This document shows, piece after piece, positions 12,070 through 23,724 of a DNA stretch of 64,000 bases. The DNA is taken from contig NIVC01001600.1 of assembly GCA_002269645.1 (NCBI GenBank), positions 1-64,000 on the forward strand, written 5' to 3'. The notes beneath the pieces are model-generated. The model had not been told where the DNA came from. It did not search any database and saw only the letters and a program-made list of their open reading frames with translations. Numbering within the stretch: position 1 is the stretch's first letter; each line of letters starts with the position of its first letter. A program made the position numbers and the translations under genes. The DNA comes from Macrostomum lignano. Taxonomy: Eukaryota.

Positions 12070-12900
12070 TTCAATTTATAACTCGAGCGCCTCTGTCCGG
12101 GGTCGGGAATACTTACGATTCTATGTAATGCTGTGCTAATTACTTGACATTCAAAGTACAGTACCAATCACACTCTGTTTTAACGTTTACACCCTCTCAC
12201 AGTATTATCTTTTATACTTCTCTAACATGTTTTACATTATTCACCCAAAATGCTGTTTATTGTGGGGCCAGGTCCACTACTTATAATTATCACTAAGAAA
12301 GGATATCTGAATGCTGAACTTACCAGTTGGGCTTGCTTTGTTGGGATGCTGTTGCGTCCGGTTTGCCGATTAACAAAATTTGCAAAACCCTCACCTGTGG
12401 GTAGGGACCTCTCTACTTACGGTATTCTCCAAGTCCTCCCAGGGAATCCTTCGTTTTCGTAAGGTTAACTAACATAGGCAGGTTCCTATATCATAGCCGT
12501 GTCTAGCTACTCTCAATAGTAGTGAAGAAGCTGGCCTCCATTTTTAAACCAAAACACTCAAAACATTACTGCTTTGTGATTCATTGTACATATTTACACC
12601 CCAATATTTGTTTTAGTTTTATCAATCATATTTATTTATATTTATTTGTTTTACTCAATACTTCAACCATTTGCTTTAAATTGACTCTATATTGATTAAT
12701 TGTACTCTATTATTTGTTTTAAGTTTTTAAATGGCATTATTGTATTATTTATTAGAAAATATTTGTTTTATTTCTCCAACAAAATACTAAATGTATCGCT
12801 CAAACTGGAAACTAAAACAAATTAGTTGCGTAAGAGCCCTCCCCAGGGCTGATGCGCAGGGCCCTTGATAGCCCCAACTTACCAAATGAAAAAAATGAAA
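12070..12900 (+). other. LINE 3' UTR with terminal hairpin (12835-12850) and (AAATG)n tail
   Basis: Colinear with the reverse complement of 54411-55200; ends ccaaatgaaaaaaatgaaa. Confidence 0.85.
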
Positions 12901-12930
12901 TGAAAATAAAACAACCTTCTCTGCTTGTTT
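12901..12930 (+). repeat. 30-bp direct repeat, right copy (candidate TSD)
   Basis: Identical to 1321-1350 and immediately follows the LINE tail. Confidence 0.75.
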
Positions 12931-12996
12931 GGCAATCGCTTTTGTGAGAAACTTTTAGTAATTGAAGTTCAACCTTAAAATTTATTTACTGTATAA

Positions 12997-13230
12997 GGAA
13001 ACTTGAGGTCGTGGAGACCAAGAACTAGGGATCCTAATAGGGAAACTTGAGGTCGTGGAGACCAGAACTAGGGATCAGGTTAGGAAACTTGAGGTTGTGG
13101 AGACCAGAACTAGGGATCTGGTTAGGAAACTTGAGGTCGTGGAGACCCAAGATTAAGGATCTGAATAGGAAACTTGAGGTCGTGGAGACCCAAGAATAGA
13201 AACCGGAGTAGGGAGATCGAGATCGTACAG
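12997..13230 (+). repeat. 42-44-bp tandem repeat (5 copies + 1 degenerate) in an LTR-like segment
   Basis: ggaaacttgaggtcgtggagacc starts at 12997, 13041, 13083, 13125, 13168. Confidence 0.85.
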
Positions 13231-13667
13231 ATCCTAAGAAAACCGTACAGGCTTATAATAGACATTAGGTGTTGAGGGATTAGGCATTAGGGGAATAGAT
13301 TGGCTACTGCTGGACACCCTTGATCCTCGGAAAACGCTAGACTTTCGAACTGAATTAGGGAATTAGACAGTGTCTTACCGCTCGGGCACTACACGCTATT
13401 ACAAGGGTTCTAGGAAACCGTGTGAAATTAGAAATCTCTAGGAAAGAGTCATAGAGTAGGGCTGCCAACGCTACTCAAAGTAGATATATTAGTGACAATT
13501 TATAGGATAGAGAAGTTAGAACTAAAGAACTGCAGCAACTTGGTGAGATAATTTCAGTAGGAACCATAAGGGCTAGCACAATACTGTAGTAAGTTAGAGT
13601 GCATAGATCTGTACTACAGAAGAAAGATACTAAACATTAAATAAGTTACATATACAATGAACACGCG

Positions 13668-14887
13668 CACCTTTATTCCTTCTCCAAAGTCCAAGACAAT
13701 TTCGTATACATCCCGGAAGGATTCGTGCGAAACCGGTAGTTGCATAAAAACTCGCCTGTTGTTTCCCCTTTGGTCAGAAGAGCCGCCAACCGCGCCTGAT
13801 GGACACGGAGCACCCAGAGGTTGAAACTCAGTATCGCTCTGCTTAGCATTCGTGTACCAGTCAGTCAAAGTCGTAACCTCGGTGTCGTCCGAGTTGAGCC
13901 GAACTTCAGAGCAAGTACATCCAAGTACAACAGCGCCGGCGTACTCCTGTACTTTTGCTCGTCGTATCGACAAAATGTCGCCGACACTCCAATTGACAGC
14001 TTGATCGGAGGACGACCCCCAAAACGTGCAGGAGACAGAACGACAGGACTGGTCAACAAGAGTCACTTTAGCTACGTTTATTCGCTTCCCAGCCTTCGTC
14101 ATGACTTTCTCGGACTGCTGCAGTGTGTCGATTGCTCCAAGGACATCAACATTTCTAATAAAAGGCAATGAAGAGGGGACAATTTGAAAAGTATTTTAAA
14201 ACCTTAAAACGCTTTTTGAAGTTCATTTGAATCCTACCTACATCAATGGTCGAATGAATATAATGGACTGTTAGACTAGCCAACATAAAGGGATGAAGGC
14301 ATAGATTGGATTGCTAATCTAGTCAAAATAATTTATAAAAGCCGAACATACACTACAGTGCTACACGATTGCATGTACAATTCACATTGTCTATACTATT
14401 ATGTCTATTGTACATATAATAATATTGTATACTGTCTGTCTATACAATACATACAAGTAGACAGATACAATGCAACTCACCCTTGCAGGCGTACGTTTTG
14501 AAGGTCGCTTATTCCCGTATAGTTACACGCCCGTTCAATAACAGTCGAAACTTCATTGCTTCGATATATTGATCCCTTGGAGTCAACTGAAAGAGACACC
14601 TCCATAGGATTGTTCGTTCAGTTGTATCTCGGATCCGAAGTCTTTACCATACCGCCGGCTACGCGAACAGCATCGGAAGTATTACAAACTTTCTCTCATC
14701 TGACTGACTCTCATCTCAGCCGAGTCGTCCACCAAGACGAATGAAAAAACTTCGCCACGAACATCGTTCTTCATGTAGGACCTGATCTCCTTCAACTCGG
14801 TCACAAGGCCAGTAACCGCTGTATTCATGTAGCCCAGTTCAGGCCGGAGATTTTAATCTTAATCTTCTTGGTGATTGTAGACGCCAT
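13668..14887 (-). pseudogene. RPA70 (RPA1)-like two-OB-fold gene, spliced, frameshifted in exon 1
   Basis: Exon 1: VTGLVTELKEIRSY..RGEVFSFVLVDDSAEMR (DBD-A-like). Intron GTGAG (14480)..TAG (14155). Exon 2: NVDVLGAI..VTLVDQSCRSVSCTFWG..ILSIRRAKVQEY..WY (DBD-B-like). Confidence 0.75.
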
Positions 14888-15681
14888 TGTTGCTAAGTTG
14901 TTCAGTTTTAACAAAGTATAAACAAAACTTAGAAAATAGAAAGAGCTTCTAGAAATTTTGCAGTGCAAAATACTTCAGTAGAAATAGCAGGTTAAAAATC
15001 ACAATTTGCAATACATTTTGACTTAAAAAGTCAAGCCGACACCCCAATCACCAGCAGTCAACCCACGCCACTAAACAGCCAATCAGAATGCAGATACCCC
15101 TCCCTCCCCTGTCTGCAATCTCTTCGCTTCCAGACTAAATCGACTGGGTGAGTGGGCTCTGGACCTTGTGGCGTGATCTCGCGACGCTAATTGAACTCCC
15201 ACGGCCAACCCCTCTCAACGTTATCTGCGACTTATCGTTTTTCACACTCATGAAAAGCAGCACAAACTTTCTTAGTCATTTATCCAGTTCATCTGAACTT
15301 GTCTGTGTTTACTCCATTTTCATTTTGAAAGTTTTGTGTAGCCAATGTTTGGCTTGGAGCTTAACTGACAACACTCCAAGGGCTAGTACGCACTGTTGAT
15401 TTTGGCTGGCGTTTGTTCATCAGAAATCCCCACAAGTTATGATTGAGGATATTTACATAATTCGGATTTCTCGGAGAGTAGAAACAGAATAGGGAAAGTA
15501 GCCTTGGGTATAGATCTAGACCACATGTAACACTAAGTGTGAGCGAGCTGGCTACCTCGTGAGTTGAGCTGCGCAACTCATGGAAATTGTACTGAAAATA
15601 ATTAAGTGTTAAAGGCGGCTTTGTTTTATTTCAGCATGTTTAGTTGACTGCTATGAGAAACTAATTGAATCAGTTTGAACC

Positions 15682-16385
15682 GAGTCTCTCTTCTATATAA
15701 CTTCTTCTATGTAACTGAATCTCTATATAACTGAGTCTCTATATAACTGAGTCCCTATAGACTTAGGTATGGAGCCAATGACAACATTGAGGATTAAAGC
15801 TTGAGTGGGGTATAAATGATCAAAAAAGTAAAATAGGTTAAAGTAAAGACTAAAAGGCGAAAGTAAACACACAAATACAGACGCCGAGGTTAGGGTTTAT
15901 TTTTGCACCTTTGAGGCTTGTACAATAAATATGCTTTGATTTAGGATTATGAAAATGAACATCTCTAATTCCCACGTGCTGAGTACCACCCCCATTCTGC
16001 ATTCTACGTGGCCACCACATCCATAATTCCCACTTGTTGAGTTGAGTGCAATTGCTCATCTGCTCCCCACAGAGCCACCACAAATAACTACAAAATACAA
16101 CCACATTGCGCAATGCTTACAGCTCTTTTGTGCGGCTTAAGTAAACCCCACTTTTGCCGAAATGATGAGTAGATATTATTCAGCGTTTTTTTAATATAAC
16201 AACAAACCAGAAGCAGGGGACGGCAACTAATAGGAGAGCTTTCCAAAGAATTCTACAAAGTTTATTCCTAAGTCTATAGAGACTCAATTAAATAGAGACT
16301 CAGTTATATAGAGACTCAGTTATATAGAGACTCTGTTATATAGAGACTGTTATATAGAGACTGTCTTATATAGAGACTCTGTTGC
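15682..16385. repeat. Inverted arrays of a 16-bp unit (GAGACTCAGTTATATA) flanking a ~500-bp spacer
   Basis: Left arm 15682-15767 is the reverse complement of the right arm 16267-16385; a third array lies at 22070-22190. Confidence 0.8.
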
Positions 16386-17022
16386 TTTTTGAGCGGGTTG
16401 AGATCAAGCTAGTCATCATATGTACACAGGTGTTAAGAGTCGCCGGGGCCGAAACTCTTGCTTCAGCTCCGTTGCCAAGCGGCGCGGCCTGCTCACTGGT
16501 GGGCGCGGCTGCTGCAGACCGGTATATATATATATACTCGCAGAAAACTCAAGACCTCTGCACTCAGTCATAGTCACTCGGAACATTCTTTATTCCCAGA
16601 CATTCCCAGACTAAAAAACAAAGCATGCACGGCTATTTTCTGCTGTACATTTTCATCTCTAGCGTCTTCACCGAGTATAGGTAAGTATTTATTATATACT
16701 TCTTTAATTTTTGTTAAAAGGAGGCATTAGTACAAAATTGTATATTATCAGAAGAGACTGTATTGGATCTTATTCCTTCTTTTTATAATTAACCTAGCCT
16801 AGAAGAGGAAGCATTTCTATTTTTTAAAAATTATGTGACATGTTCTGCGTTCTTATTCGTGTTTAACTTTACGAATATGACAGGTCACGACCCTCTATTT
16901 CGTGTGAACTTAACGACTAAACGTAACGGCCAAATGCATTTCGAGCTTGATGCCAAAATTTATGTTCTGATTGCCAAAGTAGCTTTCTGGGCTATTATCA
17001 AGATATTTATGTTGGTAATAAG

Positions 17023-18714
17023 AAGAATTTTGAGCAAGGAAAGAAGAGGACGCATGCAGAGCCCAGCAGCCGCAGATTTTTTTACGTTGAATGTGGTGAA
17101 CTACATTTATAATTTCTTCAACTAGACTTTTTATTCACTTCGTTCCTTAATAAGTATGCCGAGGGAGTGTCAAGCCAACACTCCCTGGTCGAGCGTCAGC
17201 CGTTTTAAAGATTGGCTCTTGCGCCTGTATATTTTTAAATAGTAGGTTTGCAGATGTACATAGACTTAATGCTTAGGTTAGACTGTATTTCTAGTAGACT
17301 TTTTATTCACTACTTATGCGGACGGTTTTCTACATTCTTGTTTTATAATTCATGTTTTAAACTTGATTTTCATGTTGCATGCTTTATGCCTTCAGGCTCC
17401 ACAATTCTCCAGTTTTTTGTTTGTTTTTTTGAAATTTTGCTTCTTATGTAAATAATGTAATGTAAAATGTAATGTAATGTAAATAATGTAATGTAAATAA
17501 ATTGCTTCCTATCATGTAAAACAGATAGATAAGTTTCATGTGTGAGATAAAGGAAGGTAAAGGCAACAACACGTGGCAACAATAAAGAATTTTGAGCAAG
17601 GAAAGAAGAGGACGCATGCAGAGCCCAGCAGCCGCAGATTTTTTTACGTTGAATGTGGTGAACTACATTTATAATTTCTTCAACTAGACTTTTTATTCAC
17701 TTCGTTCCTTAATAAGTATGCCGAGGGAGTGTCAAGCCAACACTCCCTGGCCGCGCGTCAGCCGTTTTAAAGATTGGCTCTTGCGCCTGTATATTTCTAA
17801 ATAGTAGGTTTGCAGATGTACATAGACTTAATGCTTAGGTTAGACTGTATTTTTAGTAGACTTTTTATTCACTACTTATGCGGACGGTTTTCTACATTCC
17901 TGTTTTATAATTCATGTTTTAAACTTTATTTTCATGTTGCATGCTTTATGCCTTCAGGCTCCACAATTCTCCAGTTTTTGTATTTTTTTGTTTTGAAATT
18001 TTGCTTCTTATGTAAATAATGTAATGTAAAATGTAATGTAATGTAAAGAATGTAATGTAAATAAATTGCTTCCTATCATGTAAAACAGATAGATAAGTTT
18101 CATGTGTGAGATAAAGGAAGGTAAAGGCAACAACACGTGGCAACAATAAAGAATTTTGAGCAAGGAAAGAAGAGGACGCATGCAGAGCCCAGCAGCCGCA
18201 GATTTTTTTTACGTTGAATGTGGTGAACTACATTTATAATTTCTTCAACTAGACTTTTTATTCACTTCGTTCCTTAATAAGTATGCCGAGGGAGTGTCAA
18301 GCCAACACTCCCTGGCCGCGCGTCAGCCGTTTTAAAGATTGGCTCTTGCGCCTGTATATTTTTAAATAGTAGGTTTGCAGATGTACATAGACTTAATGCT
18401 TAGGTTAGACTGTATTTTTAGTAGACTTTTTATTCACTACTTATGCGGACGGTTTTCTACATTCCTGTTTTATAATTCATGTTTTAAACTTGATTTTCAT
18501 GTTGCATGCTTTATGCCTTCAGGCTCCACAATTCTCCAGTTTTTGTATTTTTTTGTTTTGAAATTTTGCTTCTTATGTAAATAATGTAATGTAAAATGTA
18601 ATGTAATGTAAAGAATGTAATGTAAATAAATTGCTTCCTATCATGTAAAACAGATAGATAAGTTTCATGTGTGAGATAAAGGAAGGTAAAGGCAACAACA
18701 CGTGGCAACAATAA
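17023..18714. repeat. Three near-identical ~563-bp tandem units
   Basis: Units start aagaattttgagcaagg at 17023, 17585, 18149; each contains an (AATGT)n tract and a GGGAGTGT/ACACTCCC hairpin. Confidence 0.95.
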
Positions 18715-18842
18715 ATCTTATTCAATTCAATAATTCGGAACAGGTTGGCCACGGAGACAATCAATATTCGACCAAATCCTGGTGATGACATTGATCAGTC
18801 TTTTACCTGACTTGTTGTTTCAAAGAGAATTGGAAATTTATT

Positions 18843-19215
18843 GTTATGGAGCTCAATTTTCTGTATTTAGTTTGAGCCGCTCTAACGGCCTCAAATACCG
18901 TTCTCAGGGCCTCAAATACCGTTCTCAGGGTTATGGAGCTCACTTTTCTGTTTTTAGTTTCAGCCGCTCTAACGGCCTCAAAAACCGTACTCAGGGCCTT
19001 AAATACCGTTCTCAAGGCTTCAAAAACCGTTCCCAGGGTTATGGAGCTCACTTTTCTGTTTTTAGTTTCAGCCGCTCTAACGGCCTCAAGTACCGTTCTC
19101 AGGGCCTCAAAATCTGTTCTCAGGGTTATAGAGCTCACTTTTCTGTTTTTAGTTTCAGCCGCTCTAACGGCCTCAAAAACAGTACTCAGGGCCTCAAATA
19201 CCGTTCTCGTGGCCT
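18843..19215. repeat. Compound minisatellite: 45-bp head + 2-3 x 21-bp subunits, 4 units
   Basis: Heads at 18843, 18930, 19038, 19125 (spacings 87, 108, 87); subunit ggcctcaaataccgttctcag. Confidence 0.9.
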
Positions 19216-19217
19216 CT

Positions 19218-19238
19218 AGATAGATATATGGATATATG

Positions 19239-19272
<34 letters not shown>
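19218..19272. repeat. (GATA)n microsatellite
   Basis: Direct inspection. Confidence 0.9.
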
Positions 19273-19273
<1 letters not shown>

Positions 19274-21914
19274 GGCAGAAACCACCAGAAAATTCTGATT
19301 GAGGATGAGGGCCGGTTTGAAGATGGGGCTTCTATGGGGCTTTGCACATCTTTAAGAGGTGCCTCGCACGCTTGTAAATGGGCTTCACACACTTATAGGA
19401 GGGGAATCGCACGCTTATAAGAGGAGAATCGCACGCTTTTAAGAGGGTTTTTGCACACTTTTGTGAGGGGCCTCGTTGTTGATCAGGAATCTCCACAAAT
19501 AATGATTGAGGATAAAACATAATTTCGCGACAAATGCCTCAAAATAAACTTTTGAATATTGCCTCCTCATGTGACCGAAGTGCCGCCTTGATTATCTGAA
19601 GATAATTTTTGGCTTTAAAATATGAATTTTTCTATATTAATTATAATTTAGGGGCAAACACGCAAACTCACCAACTGACCACAGTAGCATGCTAAGAGTA
19701 TGCCAAGGACCCGATTTTTTATGCAAGAACAAAAAAATCATAGATGCCCATAGATTTGAGCATTTTTTTGAGGCGGATTTGATTGGAAATCAATCTAGAA
19801 ACAATATCCTACACGACTGAGTTGGTTTCATGGTTGTAAATGACTTCTACTCGATTTTATTAACCAGGAAAGTTACCTGGAAAATTTGACGAAAACATAG
19901 GAGAGTTACACTACAAGTTAGCGACATTCTGGACGCCGCAGGCTTACATATTGACCTGGATTTTAATGGGGATCGCTTCTGCGACTATTTCAGAGTACGG
20001 GGAATCAAATCCCATCGAGATCCATCAAAATTAAGTGGCATCCCGAAATCAATTCTGTCAGTGGTACCCCCGTCAAAATGACAAGCCTTGACAGGCAATG
20101 TAATGCTGTCATGCTTTCTACAAACAGTAAAATTTTCACCCTTGTAAATACAATTAGAAAATAGATTAGGTTTAGATTTACTTTATAACAGACAAACAAA
20201 CGTACCGACCATTTTTGTTTCTATTTGCAAAGCAGAAACCCCTCCCCCCAGATAGATAGATAGCTGGAGAACGGAGACAGGTCGCGCAGCAACAGAAACC
20301 TGCCAAACTCCGGCATGCAACCCGAATCCCTCGAGTCGCTCCATCAGCCGGAGCCACCTGGGCTGGCCGAGAGGCGACCGCGAATTCCCGCTCGAAAACC
20401 GCTCGCTAGGAAACCACTTGGCAACGGACAGCAGCTGTCTCCGGCTGCAGCCATCGGCCTCTCCGTATAAGAGTTAGAAATCTGAAGTTTTGCTCTCAGA
20501 AAGAAGATAGATAGAAATTTATGAAAAGTCCAGACGCAGTGAAGGGCGAGGCAGAAAAGCACAATGGAACCTTTAGTTAGTAAGAGAACAACAAATAGGA
20601 ACAGCTCTAAGATAATTACTCAGCTGTCAATCAAATTGAATCTCGAATCCAATTAAGCCCCTTCCCATTCCAGTCAGCCACGACACCCCGCCGCAGGAAC
20701 CATGCCGATTAAACTGGCTGAGAGAAGTGGCCCAGCTTAGAGAACAACGCGGCACGCGGCATCTTCTGGCGCACCCTGAGGGAGAAAAGTGAGGCCCACC
20801 TACAGACTCCTATCCAACCTGAAGTGGCCCAAGAGGGCGAGATCAACCCCAAGCTGCCTGACAACCGAGAGAAACAAAGGACTGTTTAATCATCTATGGA
20901 CAGAGTCAAGAGACGGATAACTAAGTACTTTTCTATAATCTTTCTATCCCAAATTTTATACAACTCAACACATAGATTTGCGAAAGCCCGAATAATCTCT
21001 AACCCTCACACTTAGCAACCTGCAACCTACTAGAACTAACTAAATTCATGTAAAACTAGGGGACTGTGTCCCAGATTGTTATTGCTCAACCCCCCCCCGC
21101 CGTTGCTAACAACGCGAAGACACCCCACCGGCGGCTGGGGAGGCCAAAAATGCTAATTGGTATAAATAGACGCTCATCTCAAACTGGAGCGGCGCTTCGT
21201 TTTTTCTGCGCAGTTCTCGATCTCGAATTGCTCCATTGAATCAGTCTCTGGATTATCCAGTGGGCACAAATCCAAGTCTTCAATATAATTATTTGTCTTA
21301 ATTGTCGCGCAGAGCAAATCCGAGAGAGACTCAAACTCAGCTTAGATACTAGGAGATCCCGTCAGTTTATACGGTTTTCTCTTACGGCCTGATCGGAGAA
21401 ATTAGAGCTGTACGAACCTTAGACCGCTAGACATCTATCTTAAGAAAGTGAGAGCACAAACTCAAAGGCCTTAGTGAACAACGCGTATATTCCGGCCTCA
21501 CCGGTCTCAACCTTTGAAGTCGAGCTTTCGAATCGGATCGAAAATCCCGGAGCTGGCCTCAGCAACAGCCGCAGGCGCACCTGTGGAGTCTCAACTCGAC
21601 TGATTCTAAAAATAGCACAAACCGGCCAACAATGAGTGCCAAGCTGATCTGCACGCCCAGTGGGGGGGGGGGTTCGAATTCTTCCCCCTTTTTTGTTAGC
21701 TCTACTATTGATACATTTCAGCTGCATGAAGGTGTGAAGGCGTAAAACATTATGTTGGGGCTTGTTAACTTTCGGCTTGTTTTCGATATGTAAAAGAAAT
21801 GCACTGAAATCGTAATTAGATCCTCTCTAAATGTTAATTAACTCACTAGACATCATAAGAACATTATATATTTGTAAAATACAAGGCTGATGAAGACTCG
21901 ACTACCCGTGAGGC

Positions 21915-22430
21915 TTATAGGAACGGTTTTTTAGGCTCCAAGAACGGTTTTTGAGGCCGTGAAAACACTTATAATTGGCCAGTGATCCTTACAATTAAAC
22001 AAGCCAGGAGCGGGGGCGGCAATCAATAGGAGAGCTTCACTAAGGATTCTGCAATTTCATTCGTAAGTAGATACAGATTCAGTTGTATAGAGATTCAGTT
22101 ATATAGAGATTCAATTACGTAGAATAAGTTATATAGAGACTTAATTATATAGAGACTCAGTTATATAGACATTCAGTTATATAGACTCAGTTAATTAATT
22201 ATTCCAAATATTTAAATTTAATCCCTAATTATTTTAAAAAAATGTATTCTTATCTGAAGATACGTATTCTGTATTATAATTTATCAAATACCCCTTTTTC
22301 GATTTAAAATATTACTTTTCGTAAATTAATTATAATTTAGGGCAAAACACGCAATTTCACCTACTGACATCAGTAGCATGCCGTGGATATGCAACGGACT
22401 CGATTTTTTATTGCAAGAGCGAAAAATGCA
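21915..22430. mobile_element. Mosaic copy of a dispersed non-autonomous repeat family
   Basis: 21920-21960 is the inverted 21-bp subunit of the 18843 array; 22000-22190 resembles 16200-16385; 22250-22420 resembles 19590-19750. Confidence 0.6.
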
Positions 22431-23724
22431 GAAAATATTTCAAGACTTTTACTAATCCCTAATCAAATAAAATTAAGCCTTGCGGTCACTAAAGTTCTCA
22501 GCCAAGCCCATAATCCCAAGTGTTGAGGGAATAATTACGCTTTACCTGGCTCCGCTGCCCTGACGCTCCAGGTGAATCATTGGGCGCGATTAATGCCTTG
22601 AAATAAACTTTTTATAACGTGTAGCGCCAGTAGCAAAACTATAAATAAATAAACATTTTCTTGCTTCAAAAAGCAAGAAGTCCCCTCCCCTCCCGTCCGT
22701 CCCCTCCCCCAAGCCTTGCGCGCGCTGCCATCGTCCCGGCCGGTCTGTTTTCTGCTCTAAATTTGCTTCAAAACTACTCAGAGTAAGTTGATTGTAAATT
22801 CTATCTTCACTTTCTATTTTATTAAATTTATTTTTCTTCTCGATTTCCTCGGCCTATAGAATGTCTTAGGAACTTTTTTCTTTAGCTAGCTACCTGTCCC
22901 AGTCTCACCTGCCCTGAGACTCCCTCTCCCCTTCTTTGCTCTCTATTTATTTAATTTCGGGTTCTTAAGCTTTAGGGATCCTCTTCAAGGGTTGGGTCTA
23001 GGACGCGCTGTCCTCTGGTTTAGTTAAGTTATTACATTTCTTTCCTTTGTATTTTTTGCTCAATTCTTTGGCTTCGGCCTGGGGGAACCCCTGCTCTAAT
23101 TTTTTCTTAAATAGTCTCTTTTTGTGCATTTTTGCAAAATTAACTAGCAATTTGCATTTACACTATTTTTGATTCTAAGTAGTCTAAATTAGGTATTATT
23201 ATCTTTTCTTGAGTTAGCACATTAAAATTCTCTAAATTTTTTCTGATCTATTTCCTCTAATTTAGGAATTATTCTCTATTTGCCTACTTCTTAGCTCATT
23301 AGTCAGTAAGGGTTTTCTCGCTATTCTTTGCCTTCTTTATCTAAAATAATTATTTCGAACTATAATTACTTATATTTAAATTGCCGGTTTTCTTTTTCTT
23401 CTTCATTATTCTAAACGAGACAGTGTGTGCAAGGCTTGCGGACGTTATTAACCCGCTCTGACAATTGCTTGAACTGCTGACATTTACTTTGAACTGATTT
23501 ATTATATTAAATTGCTCTAAATTTATTTAGAACTGCCCCTGTTTTACTAGTTTTATAGCTGATTGGTCTCCCTGTTTTATATTGACCACTTATCTACCTC
23601 CATTAGAATATTGTTTTAATTAGTTAACTAGCATCGTCATGAGCACTATCAAAGAAACTGACATCACCGATAACGGGAAGAGGCCAGCGCGAGACACCTC
23701 GTCACCAGCTACCGCTGCTACTAC

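Larger units (their letters stand above)
2980..12900 (+). mobile_element. AlkB-bearing LINE copy 1 (Jockey/I-group-like), interrupted by CACTA and Gypsy remnants at 5393-~10030
   Basis: 5' motif shared with copy 2, ORF1 3202-5392, post-APE linker + RT 10040-12069, 3' UTR ending in an (AAATG)n tail. The true 5' end may extend to 1351. Confidence 0.7.

Noticed and set aside
12997-13230. CRISPR-like repeat/spacer appearance (also 61250-61467 and 36239-36640)
   Set aside because: Intervening sequences are related to each other, the context is eukaryotic and there are no cas genes.
17023-18714. Retrozyme/hammerhead repeat and the ~67-70-aa ORFs in each unit
   Set aside because: No CTGANGA..GAAA core on either strand; the ORFs are AT-rich repeat artefacts.
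18782-19285. Repetitive ORFs open on both strands
   Set aside because: Explained by 21/45-bp units (multiples of 3); no coding evidence.
21067-21715. Possible solo LTR (TATAAAT near 21161)
   Set aside because: No convincing paired termini, TSD or PBS.
21887-21930. CTGATGA hammerhead-like core
   Set aside because: No stem II followed by GAAA.
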